From positions 5,642,001 through 5,706,000 of the forward strand of contig JBHGNT010000018.1 of the NCBI GenBank assembly GCA_043228905.1: a stretch of DNA of 64,000 bases, given 5' to 3'. The stretch's first letter is position 1; each line of letters opens with the position of its first letter. The position numbers were made by a program, and so were the translations under genes. A model generated the notes under the pieces. The model had not been told where the DNA came from and searched no databases. It saw only the letters and a program-made list of their open reading frames with translations. This stretch comes from Azolla caroliniana. Lineage: Eukaryota > Plantae > Polypodiophyta. Below, in pieces: positions 1 through 13,814 of this stretch.

Positions 1-2
1 AT

Positions 3-1670
3 ATAAGCTTCGAAGAAGAAGAAGAAGAATCAAGAGACAAATTGTTCCGCACACCAGAGAAAACAAGATGGTCTTCGACTTCTCCCATGAGACTCTCGTC
101 TGCATATGACTTTGAAACCTCTTCAACAACATCAGTATCACCGCGGTCTTGGCAGAAAACTCTGCTGTCTCCGGTAAGAGCTTTAAAAGACTTGCAGCAA
201 TCCAAAGATGATTTTTCAATGCTAGTTCCATCAGTAGCATCTACCAAGACATCTTCCGAAGGCATACACCTTCCCCTTTTAGGAGAAATCAATTTTGAAA
301 AGCTCAAAAAAGCTTCGAAGCAGTGGTTAAAAAACCCGAAAAATGTCGCAGTGAGTTTATGGGGGTTAGTTGTGGGAATATCAGGAGCTATTCTGTTCCT
401 TGTAATGGTGGGGCTTCTTGATGGCCAGCTTCACACAAAGGCTCAAAGAGATGCATGGTTTGAAGTGAATAACCAAATCTTGAATGCGTTGTTCACTATG
501 ATGTGCCTTTACTTGCATCCTCAAAGATGCCTCCATTTGTTCATGCTTGTCCGATGGCGTCCGCACGATATTACCAAACTTCGAGAAATCTATTGCAAGA
601 ATGGAACTTACAAACCCCATGAATGGACCCACATGCTAATTGTGGTAAGCCTTTTGCAAGTGAATTGCTTTGCTCAGTATGCCTTATGTGGGATAAATTT
701 GGGCTATAGAAGATCCGAAAGGCCGGCCATAGGAGTGGGTCTTTGCCTTGCTATAGCAATTGGGGCACCAGCTGCTGCCGGGATATATGCCAGTCTCAGT
801 CCATTGGCGAAGGAATTTCAAGTAAATGAAGAGAATGATGTTCACATGATTGAAGCTATTCGGATCTATAAGCCCACGATGGGTCGTTCAGACTCTTTGA
901 GGATAGGCCGGGCTCCTTGTGGGGATGTTTCCTTTGTGAGCAAAGATGGAGCTCTTGTTGAAAATCCGAGTTGGAATGGAAAGCTGTTTGATTGCTGCAT
1001 GGATCCCCATATCGCGACATTGGCCATAGCTTGCCCTTTTTGTGTGTTTGGATGGAACATGGAAAGACTTGGGTTTGGAAACCGATATGTGCACATAGTG
1101 ACTTTCATATTGCTCTGCTCCGCGCCTTTCTGGATCTTAACCTTGGCTGCAATAAACATTGATGACAACCATGTGAGGAAAGGTCTTGGAATCTCAGGAA
1201 TCATTTTATCTATCCTGGGTCTTTTGTATGGTGGGTTTTGGAGGATTCAAATGAGAAAGACTTACAAATTGCCTGCTGGGACGTGGTGTTTCGGAAAGCC
1301 CGTTTTAACTGATTTTACACAATGGCTGTTCTTTGCTCCATGTTCTCTGTGTCAAGAGATCCGGACCTCAGAGTATTACAAGGTGCAAGAGAGTAATTTC
1401 TATGAGAGAAGAGAGGTTTCACCTTTTCCTTCGAGTCGACACTCTCTCGGAGGACCATATCATCTCGACGCTGAGGCATCCTCTCCTATAACTTTCCGAT
1501 CTTCTCCAATTGCATCTTTTTCTGGTTCTTCGCAGATGAGGTCTTTTGATCCTGAGATTGGTTTTGAGAATCGTGAAAGAGTTTTCTCAGAAATTAGCAA
1601 CACAGTTACGATGCACCCACCTCCTCTACAAGTATTTCCACATGATAAAAGTGGTAATTTTGAACCTTAA
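3..1670 (+). CDS. PLAC8 / DUF2985-family membrane protein, intronless in this window, probably 5'-partial
   Basis: The frame is open from the window start (ISFEEEEEESRDKLFRT...) to TAA at 1670. The ORF-track start at 42 is a TTG and the first ATG is at 87. It has a DUF2985-like TM region (WFEVNNQILNALFTMMCLYLHP...YCKNGTYKPHEW) and a PLAC8 domain (WNGKLFDCC..CPFCVFGWNMERLGFG..CSLCQEIR). No stops or frameshifts. Confidence 0.9.
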   Translation: MSFEEEEEESRDKLFRTPEKTRWSSTSPMRLSSAYDFETSSTTSVSPRSWQKTLLSPVRALKDLQQSKDDFSMLVPSVASTKTSSEGIHLPLLGEINFEKLKKASKQWLKNPKNVAVSLWGLVVGISGAILFLVMVGLLDGQLHTKAQRDAWFEVNNQILNALFTMMCLYLHPQRCLHLFMLVRWRPHDITKLREIYCKNGTYKPHEWTHMLIVVSLLQVNCFAQYALCGINLGYRRSERPAIGVGLCLAIAIGAPAAAGIYASLSPLAKEFQVNEENDVHMIEAIRIYKPTMGRSDSLRIGRAPCGDVSFVSKDGALVENPSWNGKLFDCCMDPHIATLAIACPFCVFGWNMERLGFGNRYVHIVTFILLCSAPFWILTLAAINIDDNHVRKGLGISGIILSILGLLYGGFWRIQMRKTYKLPAGTWCFGKPVLTDFTQWLFFAPCSLCQEIRTSEYYKVQESNFYERREVSPFPSSRHSLGGPYHLDAEASSPITFRSSPIASFSGSSQMRSFDPEIGFENRERVFSEISNTVTMHPPPLQVFPHDKSGNFEP

Positions 1671-2099
1671 CTCCATAGTGACATAGAAGGTTTGGCCCAT
1701 TTGAACTGAAACATATTGATGCTCATCTAATATTCACAAAGCCCCATTCTTGCTGTTCACTGCATGTAAGAGGAAGTTCTGTATGTATTTCTTTATCTTA
1801 TTTCTTGTCGTTAAATTCGATGAACACGAGTCAATACACGTTGATGATTGGAGTTCTTTGGTTTTGGAATCAGGCTGTGCTTGTCTGAATATACTGAGGT
1901 TATCTGAAGTTTTGGTAGCCATAATGATATGTTACTCTTTCCATAACTGCAGCATACATTATTCCTTCAATTGTAAAGTAAAATGTCTTAAAAAACTTCA
2001 TTTGATATTTTTGAGTGCAAAAGCCACATGACTTCTTCTTAAGGGGACTTTCCAAAATACTTTACATATTTGTTGATATATGGAAAGCACCCTGGTAGG

Positions 2100-3300
2100 T
2101 TTTTAAAATATTAAATTTTATCTTATACTGGGATGTATGTTATGTTTGTCCAAAGTATTACTTTGGAATTGCTTCCCTTGTATACTAAAGTTTCTATAAC
2201 TTTTGTTCTAGTTGAAACATCCTTGGTATAAGTCTTGCTCTTCCGTACATTTTCTTCCATTATTGAGCCAATTTGTTTGGCAGTCCTTGGGCATGCATAC
2301 GTGCTTGTTGTATTTGAGATAGCCTTCAATAATAAGGGTTTTGTGTTTGACAACAGAAAGCACCTACATAGTGTAATGGTCCAGACTCCAAAGAGTATAT
2401 AAAGCAAGGTCCAAAGATGTTCCATGCAGGAATACAAATGATTTGATATGACAGATGTTCCATCCAAAGATGTATCACTTGTATTCTATTCGATTGTGGA
2501 TGTGAGTCTGTATAATTACCATTTAGAATTTCTGCAGAGTTGGTTTACAGTTAGATGATGGAGGGGTGATGGCCCTTCTAACTGAAGACAACCTTCTTAC
2601 CATTCTCCTAGGCTTAATATACCACCTCATCTTTCATCTTGTCACCAGGTCGATTCCTTCAGCATTCCTTTTTGTCTCATTGCAGTCATGGAATCTTTCA
2701 CTTCCAGGTCATTTTTACAATTTAAGGGGTTGGTGTTCGGAGGCATCAATCAAGGGATTAAGAATATGCTTGTTACAAAATTATGTGCTAACCTAGGGCT
2801 CTTATAGAGCTTGGGTTTTGAGTTCCCTTACATGGATGCATATCTCAAACATTGGTATTGAAAGCTCATTTTTATATTGATTCAACCTCAACTCCAATTT
2901 AATGCATGTATCCTCCCGCTAGGTGTGAAGTTTATGCATTCATAGTTCCTTGAAATGTGTTCCCTCAAGTCAATTGGCGGTGTTTTTAGAGTTAGATATT
3001 ACTACATGTTTTTCAGTTGGGACTGCAAATTTTGTGAGGCTTTTCTCAATGGCATACATCTTTCTGCAAAAGGCAGAAAGCTATATCTGATTGAAGGTGT
3101 TTTTCAAGACTAGAGATTTGGAGGCAAATGTCAAAAGGCCTTAGGTACACCACTTGCCCAAACTCTTAGTAAAACATTCAATTACGCATCACAGAAAACC
3201 TTGATGAGAAAAGTAGGTGTAGCTACTTCGTGGAAGAAGCTAAAAGAGCCTGACATACTTAATAGTGAACCATTGAATAGTGGTAATGTTGTGATGTCTA
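2100..3300 (-). mobile_element. Possible very old LINE (L1-like) 3' remnant
   Basis: Only a Trp-rich stretch (HLWTLLYILFGVWTITLCR) resembling L1 ORF2 C-termini. There is no intact motif and the boundaries are guesses. Confidence 0.25.
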
Positions 3301-3783
3301 ACTATAGTCAAGATTTATGCTTGAGATATTAACTCTGTAGCTCTAACAAGAAACAATGATAGTTATGGTATATCAAGTAGGTTTTGAATAGACGCACATA
3401 AATGAGGTTGATTAGATGCGGATGGTTAACTAGCTTTTTAGATTTCTTTAGAGTGATGGTCTAAAGTATCATTGCTAATCATTTGTGTTCAAGAGGGTTC
3501 AACTTTGGAGGAGTATAGTATATAGTTCTTATTTACATACATAGAATACAAATGCCCTTACTATGAAGGAGAATTCAATAGTGTATTATCTCCCTTTTTA
3601 AAAGACTTAAGCATGTTGGTGAGGAAAATATATAGCAATGGCTAAGCGCAAGCTAGAAGAATACTAATGGAAACTATAGAATGTGGTGAGAATGTTTAGA
3701 TGTGAATTACAAATGAAGTTTTGTCTTCCTCACAAGCGCCTTGCTTAAAATATATCAGTTGATTAATGTAACCTACTATATGT

Positions 3784-4420
3784 TGTTAGATATAATCAAT
3801 GATCAACCCCAAGTTGTAAATCTATCCTCATATGTGCTCTTAGAGTGCACATTTTGTGATAGCGCCCCAAATGAGGAGTGGCTAGTGTGCAACTCGACCA
3901 TATGGATCGATAAGGTGTAAATCTAGGAAATTGTAGATGCGTATGACACAATGGATTTAGGAAAGAGCGAAATAGGTAATAGGATTGGCTAATCAAGTCA
4001 ACTAGAATATTTTGTGGGCAAGTTACAATGTACTTAGTCTTGAAGTATGTGCCATTGACTTCAGGGTAAATACTATCTAACACTAGCTTGTATCTAGGGA
4101 GTTGGGTCATATTAAATGACAAGTCAGTTGATAGAAAAGGAATATCTCCACTACTATCAACTGATATGCACATTTAATGTTACACTTAGACCAAATAGAG
4201 AATATAATCCACTCTCTTACACAATGGTGGATCGATCATCAGTCCCCACTAATTTTGTAGTGAGTTGGTACAGATCCCATCTAAGCTCTAAGGTGTGAGC
4301 GCATGGGTGAACTACCATTGTGAGCTACTCTCATATGTAATAGAAGTTTTGTTTTCATATATCCATCTATGTGGTTGTAACTCTATATACCTATCTAATC
4401 GATACTCAATATTTCTAACA
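3784..4420 (+). repeat. 5' LTR of Copia A
   Basis: TG...CA termini; roughly 25 substitutions against 14127-14763 by eye. Confidence 0.95.
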
Positions 4421-4500
4421 TGGTATCATAGTTGAGAGGTTGATCTAGATTAGGTATATACGGGTAGTTGTTGTCTAGCAACACAGAGAAATAGAGAGAG

Positions 4501-4638
4501 AGAAAGAAGAAAGAAAGATATATTAACGTCTTCTAAGGCCAAAATTGGCCCATGAGACAAATGGTTTACAAAAAAATGGGATATTTACCCATTCATCGAA
4601 AGTAAAAATAAAAATAAGATAAAAATAGAGTTTAAGCT
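4501..4638 (-). mobile_element. 5'-truncated LINE 3' end (138 bp) inserted in the 5' UTR of Copia A
   Basis: Reverse complement of about 30790-30930 (GATATATTAACGTCTTC.AAGGCCAAAATTGGCCCATGAGACAA); (TCTT)n-type tail; flanked by the 12-bp direct repeat AAATAGAGAGAG (4489-4500 and 4639-4650). Confidence 0.85.
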
Positions 4639-4655
4639 AAATAGAGAGAGTATCA

Positions 4656-7600
4656 ATGGCCTTGTCCACAAATGTTGCAGCTACTCCACTGCGCATTCGT
4701 CCACCTCCATTGTTTGATGGAAAGCTAGATGGAACCAACTACACTCTATGGAAGTTCAAAATGTCTGCCATTTTGGACTTCTACGAGTTGTTGGAGACAA
4801 CTGTGGGACCCACAGGAGGAGACCCTAAGCCCATGGTGACCTTTGACCTTGCACACCCTACCACATCAATCCCTCCAAGTGCTGTTCTACTTCGAGCCTG
4901 GAAGAGAAGGAATGCTGATGTGCTGTGTACCATAGTCACTGGTGTATGTGACTCTGTACTAACATTAGTGCCACATACAACCAGGGCACATGAAGCTTGG
5001 AGCATATTGGCAAACCAGTATGAAACCAAAAACTATACAAGGATACAAAACCTCGAAAATCAGCTTGCTGCAAAGAAGCTTGCTGATGGAGAGAAAGTAG
5101 AATCCTTTGTAAAAAGGATTAAGGATCTTCAAGATCAGTTGGCAGCTATTGGAGTAGTTGTCTCTCTAGAGGATATGGCTTGTCGGTGCATTTGAGAACT
5201 TCCATCCAAGTATGATGACATTGTGACAACATTGAACACTTAGGTTTGACCCACTCCTTTAAAATTTGATGAACTAAGTGCAATGTTGCTTGAAGAGGAG
5301 CTTCGACTGAAGACAAGAGAAGGAAGGGAAGATTCGACATTTGTCTCTAGGACTAAGGGTAAAGGGGCATCCAAATTAAACAATGTGAATAGGATACCAA
5401 AGAAGAAGAAGTTCAATGGATTGTGTTTCTATTGTGACAAGAAGGTTCACACAATCAAGGATTGTCGGAAGAAGATGGCGGATGAGAAGAATGGTTCTAG
5501 TAAGACTTCTTGGAGAGAGTCTGAGTCCGCCAACAATGTCGTAGATGAGCTTGAGTGATGGGTCACAACTGAAGAAGTGTGCTCTTCAGTTGACACTCAA
5601 GTTGTCGAAGACTCAAGATTGGATTCTCAATAATGGAGCATCCCAACATATGACCATTAATCGTGACTGGTACAACTCTTGGACACCTCTACAAGAGCCC
5701 ATCAATGTTGTGGTCGGGAACAATGCTCGATGTCCAGCCAAAGGAATCGGAACCGTCTCCCTCAAAGCAACGACCGACGGGACAAACATCTCTCTCAAGT
5801 GTTGTACGTGCCAGATCTCAAGAAGAATCTATTGTCCATTTCTGCACTGACCGATGAGGGTCTTGATGTTCGATTCAAGAAGTCGGGTGCATAAATAACA
5901 GATTCTACTGGCAAGGTTGTAGGAATAGGGGTAAGGCGCAACAATCTCTATGAGCTGAGTGCGTTTACAATTTCTACTGACCACAACACAAGTACTAACA
6001 GAAAGCAATGGCATGAGAGATTTGAGCATCTCAATGTTGCTATGTTGAAGGAGATGAAGAAGTTGAATATGGTAGTTGGGTTGCCAACCCTATTTGACTT
6101 AAGTCATGTTTGTGATGCTTGTATGATGGGCAAGCATCAAAGATCAGCCATTCCAAAAGAGAGTCAAAATCGGACAAAGACTCCTCTACAACTAATACAC
6201 ATCGACCTCTCTGGAAAAATGGCGACTCTTGCAATGGGTGGATCTCTCTACTATATGCTAGTAGTCAATGCCTTCAGTAGAAAGATGTGGGTTTACTTCA
6301 TTCGGGAGAAGGCTGAAGCTTTTAAAATCTTCAAAAGATGGCATAAGTTTGTCGAGCGGGATTCCAGAAAGTTAGTGAAGCAGTTACGCTCTTATCGAGG
6401 TGGATAATTTTTATCAATAGAATTCTGTGAGTATTGCAAAGAGCTTGGAATTAAGCGCAAACTTACAACTGCCTACACCCCACAACAAAATGGCGTAGTC
6501 GAACGTCAAAACCGAACAGTTATTGAGATGGCTAGGTGTATGTTGAAGGCACAAGCGTTGCCCGACCCATTTTGGGTTGAAGCAGTGAATACAACAGTTT
6601 ACATCCTCAATCGGAGCTACACGAAGGAACTTTAAGGGAAAACACCCCAAGAAGCTTTTTCAGGCAAGAAACCTTCAGTGTTGCACTTCAAAACCTTTGG
6701 GTGTACGTGCTATGCACATGTTCCAGATGTGAGTAGAAAGAAGTTGGATGCTAAAAGCAAGAAGTGTATCTTTCTCGGATATAGTGAAGAGTCAAAGGCC
6801 TGTCGACTCTATGATCCAGAGGCAAGAAAGATATTGACAAGCCGTGATGTGGTGTTCGATGAGGAACGACCACAACTAGCTGAGAACAACGATTCTCAAG
6901 TTATCTAATCAACCGAAGAAGTATTCCCCCCAATCCCAACCCACTGTCCAGAAAAGGAAGCTGAACCATCTGATGGTAATGGCTCGCTAGTTCAGCCTAT
7001 GCCAATGCCACATGTAAAGAAAATACCTAAGTGGGCTCAAGAACTCTTCAATGACCGTACTTCTAAAGTTGAGTTTCTTGAAACTTCAACTGATGGATTG
7101 CGAAGATCAAGAAGAATACAGGAGCAAGGGAGAACCTCTGACCACATTGTCAGCATGGCTCTGATGGTGGACATCATAGGCTCAGTGTGTGAGCTGACCT
7201 TGGTGGAGGAAGCCATGGCTGACCCAAAGTGGAAAGAGGCGATGATATCAAAATACGATAACATCATGAAAAATGACACGTGGGAGTTGGTAGAGAGGCC
7301 AACAAAGAGGAAGGTGATAGGCACCAAGTAGGTGTGGAAAGTAACATATAAAGTTGATGGTTCTTTGGAGAAATTTAAGGCCAGGCTAGTAGCGCAAGGA
7401 TACTCCCAAATTGAAGGGTTCGATGTACAAGAAACATTTGCCCCGACAACTCGCATGACAACAATTCGAATGTTCATAGCCTTGGCTGCTTCAAGAGAAT
7501 GGCCGATTTATCAAATAGATGTCAAATAGGCATTTCTAAATGGGCATCTCAAGGAGGAGGTATTAGTGACACAACCACCAGGATTTGAGATGCCGAATTC

Positions 7601-8729
7601 AGAAAACAAAGTCTGCAAGATGAAGAAGGCGTTGTATGGTCTAAAGCAAGCACTGAGAGCTTGGAACAAGAGGATAGACAACTTCTTACAATCAATCGAC
7701 TTTAAGCAATGTGCTTTGGATGCAAGCATTTATGTCAAAATGAAGGACGGGAAACAAGTCATCATCATCATTTACGTGGATGATCTAGTACTTACTGGTG
7801 ACCATAAAGAGTGTATTGGCCAAACACAAGAGTGTTTGAAAACTGAGTTTGAAATGACAGACTTGGGGATTTTACACTACTTCCTTGGAATTGAGGTTTG
7901 GCAAACCTCGGTTGGCCTCTTCATGTCACAAAGAAAGTACGCAACAGAGATCTTAAGACCTTTGGATGACGGACAACAAGTTGAAGTCGACTCCAATGCA
8001 GTCAAACTGCAAGCTATCCCAAGAAGACCCGTCACCAATGGTTGAAATAAGGAAGTATAGACAACTAGTAGGAAGTCTAATTTTCCTATGCAACACTAGG
8101 ATGGTTATTTGTTTTGCAGTCGGTGTGGTGAGTCGATTCAGCAACAAACCGAAGGAGCCTCATTGGAAAGCTGCACTACGTGTATTAAAGTACATTGTGG
8201 GTACTTTAAATTACGGAATCTTCTACAAGCGAACAATTGACGAACTTAGTGGATATTGCGACTCTAACTGGGTTGGAGATAGTGATTCCAGAAAATCAGT
8301 TTTTGGAGATTGTTTTTCAATAGGCTTTGGAGCTGTTTCACGGAGTAGTAAAAAACAACCAACAGTGACACTATCTTCAACAGAGGCAGAATACAAAGCA
8401 ACATGCATAGCGGCATGCGAGGTAGTTTGGCTAAGAAGAATCCTTATGGATGTGGCGGTTCCAATAAGGACGACAAAGGTATTGAGGTGTGACAATTAGA
8501 GTTGCATGACCATTGCCAAGAACCCCGTATTTCATGCACGTACTAAACACATAGAGATTCAGTATCACTATGTGCGGGAGCTAATAAATGATGAGACTGT
8601 GGAGCTTGAGTATTGTCCGACATCAGAAAATGTTGCAGATATCTTCAAAAAGGCGCTTGGAGCAGAACAACTACAACAACACCTTTGACGACAAGGACTT
8701 GGCCCAATTCCAAGTGAACTCAATGGGTT
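4656..8729 (+). pseudogene. Disrupted Copia A gag-pol
   Basis: gag (LDGTNYTLWKFKM), zinc knuckle (CFYCDKKVHTIKDC), PR (WILNNGASQHM), INT, RT (KFKARLVAQGY, IYVDDL), RNase H (FHARTKHIEIQYH); many stops and frameshifts. Confidence 0.93.
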
Positions 8730-9006
8730 TGTTAGGATTTCGGTCCCTTCGGATGGGATATGAGTACCTGGCAACGGAAGACTCGGTGAGTACTGGATGA
8801 TGAGTATCCAGCAACGTAGGCCCGGTGAGAACCTCTCACCGGATGAAGGGACATATATGTAGATATGTTTCTGAGAGGCCGTTGGGGCTATATCTGTAAA
8901 TAGTCCTAATGTCATATTAGTATAAATATGACCTAGGGCAAACATTATGTGTAGTTGTTGTCATTATTGTGTACAATGTTATTGGTGTAACTGCTATATA
9001 GAGCAT

Positions 9007-9072
<66 letters not shown>

Positions 9073-9361
9073 CAGAGCATGACTCTGTTGTAACCGCCAC
9101 CAGGCGAAGATTGTGAGCAAGAGGTCGTTGGCTCTGTGCTCCCTGTTGTATTCCTTGACATAGTGATAGTTTGGAGTTTGTGGGCTCCCGTGGTTTTTCC
9201 CCCTCAGGGTTTTCCACGTTAACATACTGTGTACCCTCTCTCTCATATTGTCTGTGTATATGTGCATTTACCCTCATTGCCCATTTCTTCTGTGGTTGTG
9301 ATTCTAACGAAGTGATTGAAGTCTCGGTTGTGGCTGAGCATTATTCCGCCCATTCCTGTCA
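8730..9361 (+). repeat. 5' LTR of Copia B, with an (AG)n microsatellite at about 9010-9070
   Basis: TGTTAGG...CTGTCA; matches 13450-14105. Confidence 0.95.
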
Positions 9362-9392
9362 ATCTGGTATCAGAGCAAAACGACACAGAAAA

Positions 9393-12300
9393 ATGGAAGA
9401 TTCATTGGGAGGCATGTTCAAGCTCACTGGCTCCAACTACTCATTGTGGAAGTCGAAGATGAGGGACATGCTCGTGGTTAAAGATCTTTGGTTGCCGGTT
9501 CAGTTCGGGGACAAGAGACCGGACAAGATCGATGCCACAATATGGGAGGTGATGCATATGAAGACAACAACATACATATGGTGCTTCATCGACATGAGCC
9601 TGTACAACAACTTCAATGAGGAGACTAAGGCTCATGAGCTCTGGGAGAGGATCAACATTATGTTTCAGAACAAAAATGCTGTTAATCGGGTTTCGGTATT
9701 CCGGAAGCTAGTGCGGCTCCGGTACCAAGATGGCTCTAGCATGGCAAAGCACATGAATGCCTTCCAGGGGCTGACTCACCAGGCAACATCGTTGGAAGTA
9801 CCCTTCGCTGATGAGGTACTAGCATTTCTCCTGCTCGGTTCCCTCCCAGATAGTTGGGAGACGTTAGTTGTCACTTTGGGCAACGCTGGGCCGGAAGGAA
9901 AACAGTTGTCCCTAGCAAGGGTCAAGTCGAGCTTGTTAGATGAGGAGGCGCATCGGAAAGACAAGGATATGAGCTCCAACTCGAAAGCGCTCCTTACCGA
10001 ATCGGAACGTGGAAGACAAAGGAACCGCGGTCCCCAGAACTAGGAAAAGTCGGGGAAACGGTCAAAGTCAAGGGGAAGGCCCACTTGCTTCTACTGTGGG
10101 AAGCCAGGGCACTTCCAGAAGAACTAATGGCATTTTCGAAAAGACAAGGAGACTGACAGTACCGATTCGAAGCGGTCACCGGACCGGAACGGTAAAGACC
10201 AGAGAGGACCGGACCTGAAGGGAACGACGGCAATCGCGGCAAGTGAAGAAGAGTTGATGCTCATCACCGAGGAGAGTGAGTTGAACCTTGCCGGCGACGA
10301 GACAACGTGGGTTGTCAATTCCGGAGCGTCGTTCCACCTGACCCTGGACCGAAAATGCTTCTCATCCTACACAACCGGTGAGAACGGCTGTGTCCGGATG
10401 GGGAATGAAGGTACATGCCGAATTGTCGGCATAGGAGACGTGTGGTGGACAACACCAACCGGATGCAAGTTGCTGCTGAAGGATGTTCGACATGTTTCGG
10501 AGGTTTGACTGAACCTGATATCAGCCGATCGGCTAGATGATGAAGGCTACATGGGTAGCATCCAGAACGGTGTCATGAAGTTCAACAAGGGGAGCCTGAT
10601 AGTGGCTCGGGCCCGGAAGGTCAACACACTGTACCTCATGAATGCCCGGTTATGTCCGGAAGAAGTGAACATTGCTTCTGACACTGCCGGTGAGCTGTGG
10701 CACAAGAGACTGTGTCACATGAGCGAGAAGGGGATGAAGAGGCTTGCCGATGACAACCTCATTCTGGTGAAGAACGTGCATCTTGAGAGGTGCACCGACT
10801 GCCTGGCCGGTAAGCAAAACCAGACCTCCTTCTGCTCAAGGCCACCGATGAGACGTAGTGCACCACTGGAGCTGGTGCATACCGATGTGTGTCAAGTGGA
10901 CACGAAGTCACATACCGGAGCGCAGTACTTTGTGATGTTCATAGATGACCACAACCGGAGGCTGTGGGCCACACCGTTGAAGACGAAGGATCAGGTGTTA
11001 TCTGTCTTCAAGGAGCTCCACACAAGAGTGGAAAGAGAAACCGGCCGGAAGCTGAAGGTGGTTCGAGCAGATAACGGAGGAGAATACCAGGGGTAGTTTG
11101 AGGAGTATTGCCACTCAAAGGGAATCTGGCTCGAATTTATCGTGCCGAAGACGATGGAACTAAACGAGCTGGCCGAGAGGATGAACCAGACCATAATGGA
11201 GAGGGTCCGGAGTATGCTGGCACATGCAAAGTTACCCAAGACGTTTTGGGTTGAGGCGTTGTCGACAACGACATATGTGATAAACAGGTCACCCTCAGTA
11301 CCCTTGGATGGAGACACGCTGCAGAGAGTGTGGACCGGTAAGGAAGTGTCCTACCGGCATCTGAAGGTGTTCGGGTGTCTCGCTTATGTGCATGTTGCAA
11401 AGGACTGGAGAGAAAAGTTGGATCCAAAGTCCCGGCCTTGCATATTCCTCGGATACGGCGATGATGAGTTCGACTACTGAGTGTGGGATCTGGTCGACAA
11501 GAAGGTTTTCCGGAGTCGAGATATTATGTTCATGGAGGACAAGACCCTTGCCGAGTGGGAGTCAGAGAAGAAGATAATGAACTCCGAGTCGACCGATAAG
11601 AATCAGACCGATGAGATTCGGACCTACCTGGCTAAGAGCTGGTTGACACTCGAAGAACCGGCCGGTTACAGTGGGGATACTGAACCGGCAGAAGAAGAAG
11701 AAGAGGAAGCTGAAACCGGAACCGGCCAAGACCCCGAATCGGATTCGGATGAAGAACAAACAGAGGAGCCGGTTGCCGAAAGCCAAGGACACAGATATCC
11801 TCTTAGAGAGAGAAGGGTCCCCCGGAGATTTCTGGATGCAGAGCACGTGTTGCTAACCGATGAGGGGGAGCCGGAAAGCTTCGAAAAAGCAAAGGAGGAC
11901 ACCCACAACCGCAAGTGGTTGAGTGCCATGCAAGACGCAATGGATTCCCTGCATGAGAACCACACATATAAACTGGTGGAGTTGCCGACAGGAAAGCGGG
12001 CACTCCACAATAAGTGGGTGTACAAGTTGAAACCGGGAAATGCCGGCAACCCCCCAAGGTACAAAGCCAGGATCGTGGTGAAGGGGTTCCAACAGAAGAA
12101 GGGAGTGGACTTCAACGAGATATTTGCCCCGGTAGTAAAGATGACTTCCATCTAGACGGTGCTGAGCATAGCGGCAAGCATGGACCTCGAGGTAGAGCAG
12201 TTAGACGTGAAGACGACATTCCTCCACGGAGACCTCAAAGAGGAGATCTACATGCAACAACCGGAGGGATTTGTGAAGAAAGGGAAGGAGCGCTTGATTT

Positions 12301-13439
12301 GCCGGTTGAAGAAGAGCCTCTATGGTTTGAAGCAGGCTCCCCGGCAATGGTACCGGAAGTTTGACTCCTTCATGCCCGATCAAGGATACCACAAGACACA
12401 TGCCAATCACTGTATGTTTGTGAAGAAGTTTGAAAGTGGAGACTTCTTGATACTCCTCTTGTACGTGGACGACATGTTGATCGTCGGATGAGACCAAGTC
12501 AAGATACGGATGCTGAAGAAGGCTCTGAACCGGGCCTTCTCAATGAAAGACTTGGGTCCGACAAGACAGATATTGGGGATGCATATCATCCGGGACCGGT
12601 CAAAGAAGCAATTGTGGCTATCACAGGAGAAATACATGACAAAGGTGTTTCAACGGTTCAACATGTCAAATGCGAAACCGATCGGATCGACACTCCCAAC
12701 AAACTGCAAGTTATCCAGTAAGCAAAGCCCGAAGACGAAGGCAGAGAAGGCGGATATGATGAAGATACCATATGCCTCTGCCGTCGTGAGCTTAATGTAC
12801 GCAATGGTGTGTACCCGACTGGATATCGGATACGCAGTCGGAGTGGTGAGCCGGTTTATGAGCAATCCCGACAAGAAGCACTGGAATGCGGTAAAATGGA
12901 TACTTCGGTACTTGAAAGGCACCTCAAGTATGTTCCTCCGATTTGGCTTCGGTAAAACCCAACTTGATGGTTTCACAGATTCGGACATGTCAGCTGATGT
13001 GGATACCAGCCGGTCAACATCCGGATATGTCATGACATATGCAGGGGGAGCTGTTTCGTGGCAGTCGAGGCTGCAGAAGACGGTTACGTTGTCAACCATG
13101 GAGGCGGAGTACATTGCGGCTGTGGAAGCCGGCAAGGAAATATTATGGATGAAGGACTTCATCTGAGAGCTAGGGATCCGGCAAGAGGAATACCGGCTCT
13201 ACTGCGACAGTCAAAGTGCCATCCACCTTGCGAAGAACGCGACGTATCATTCCAGAATGAAGCACATCCAGCGGAGGTACCATTGGATCCGGGAGCGAGT
13301 GGAAGATTGAGAGTTCGTGCTGACAAATATCCACACGGAGGAGAACGGGTCAGATATGCTGACCAAAGTGCTGACACCCGATAAGCTAGAAGCATGCAAG
13401 ATGAGGATTGGATTGAGAAGACATCCCATGCCGGAGTGA
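9393..13439 (+). pseudogene. Disrupted Copia B gag-pol
   Basis: KLTGSNYSLWKSKM; WVVNSGASFH; RADNGGEY; RYKARIVVKGF; LLLYVDDML; IPYASAVVSLMYAMVCTR; in-frame stops. Confidence 0.93.
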
Positions 13440-13449
13440 AGGGGGAGTT

Positions 13450-13748
13450 TGTTAGGATTTCGGTCCCTCCGGATGGGATATGAGTACCTGGCAACGGAAG
13501 ACTCGGTGAGAACCGGATATGAGTACCTGGAAATGGAAGACCCGGTGAGAACTGAATGATGAGTATCCGGCAATGCAGGCCCGGTGAGAATCTCTCACCA
13601 GATGAAGGGACATATATGTAGATATGTTTCTGAGAGCCCTTTGGGGCTATATTTGTAAATAGTCCTAATGTCATATTAGTATAAATATGACCTAGGGCAA
13701 ACATTATGTGTAGTTGTTGTCATTATTGGTGTAACTGATGTATAGAGC

Positions 13749-13814
<66 letters not shown>

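Noticed and set aside
42-86. ORF-track start at 42 as the true start of the PLAC8 gene
   Set aside because: The codon is TTG and the frame is open to the window edge. The real start is either upstream or the ATG at 87.
8917-9277. ORFs with SLSLSL runs (also 13704-14011, 15129-15449 and 20995-21335)
   Set aside because: These are translations of (AG/CT)n microsatellites in LTRs.
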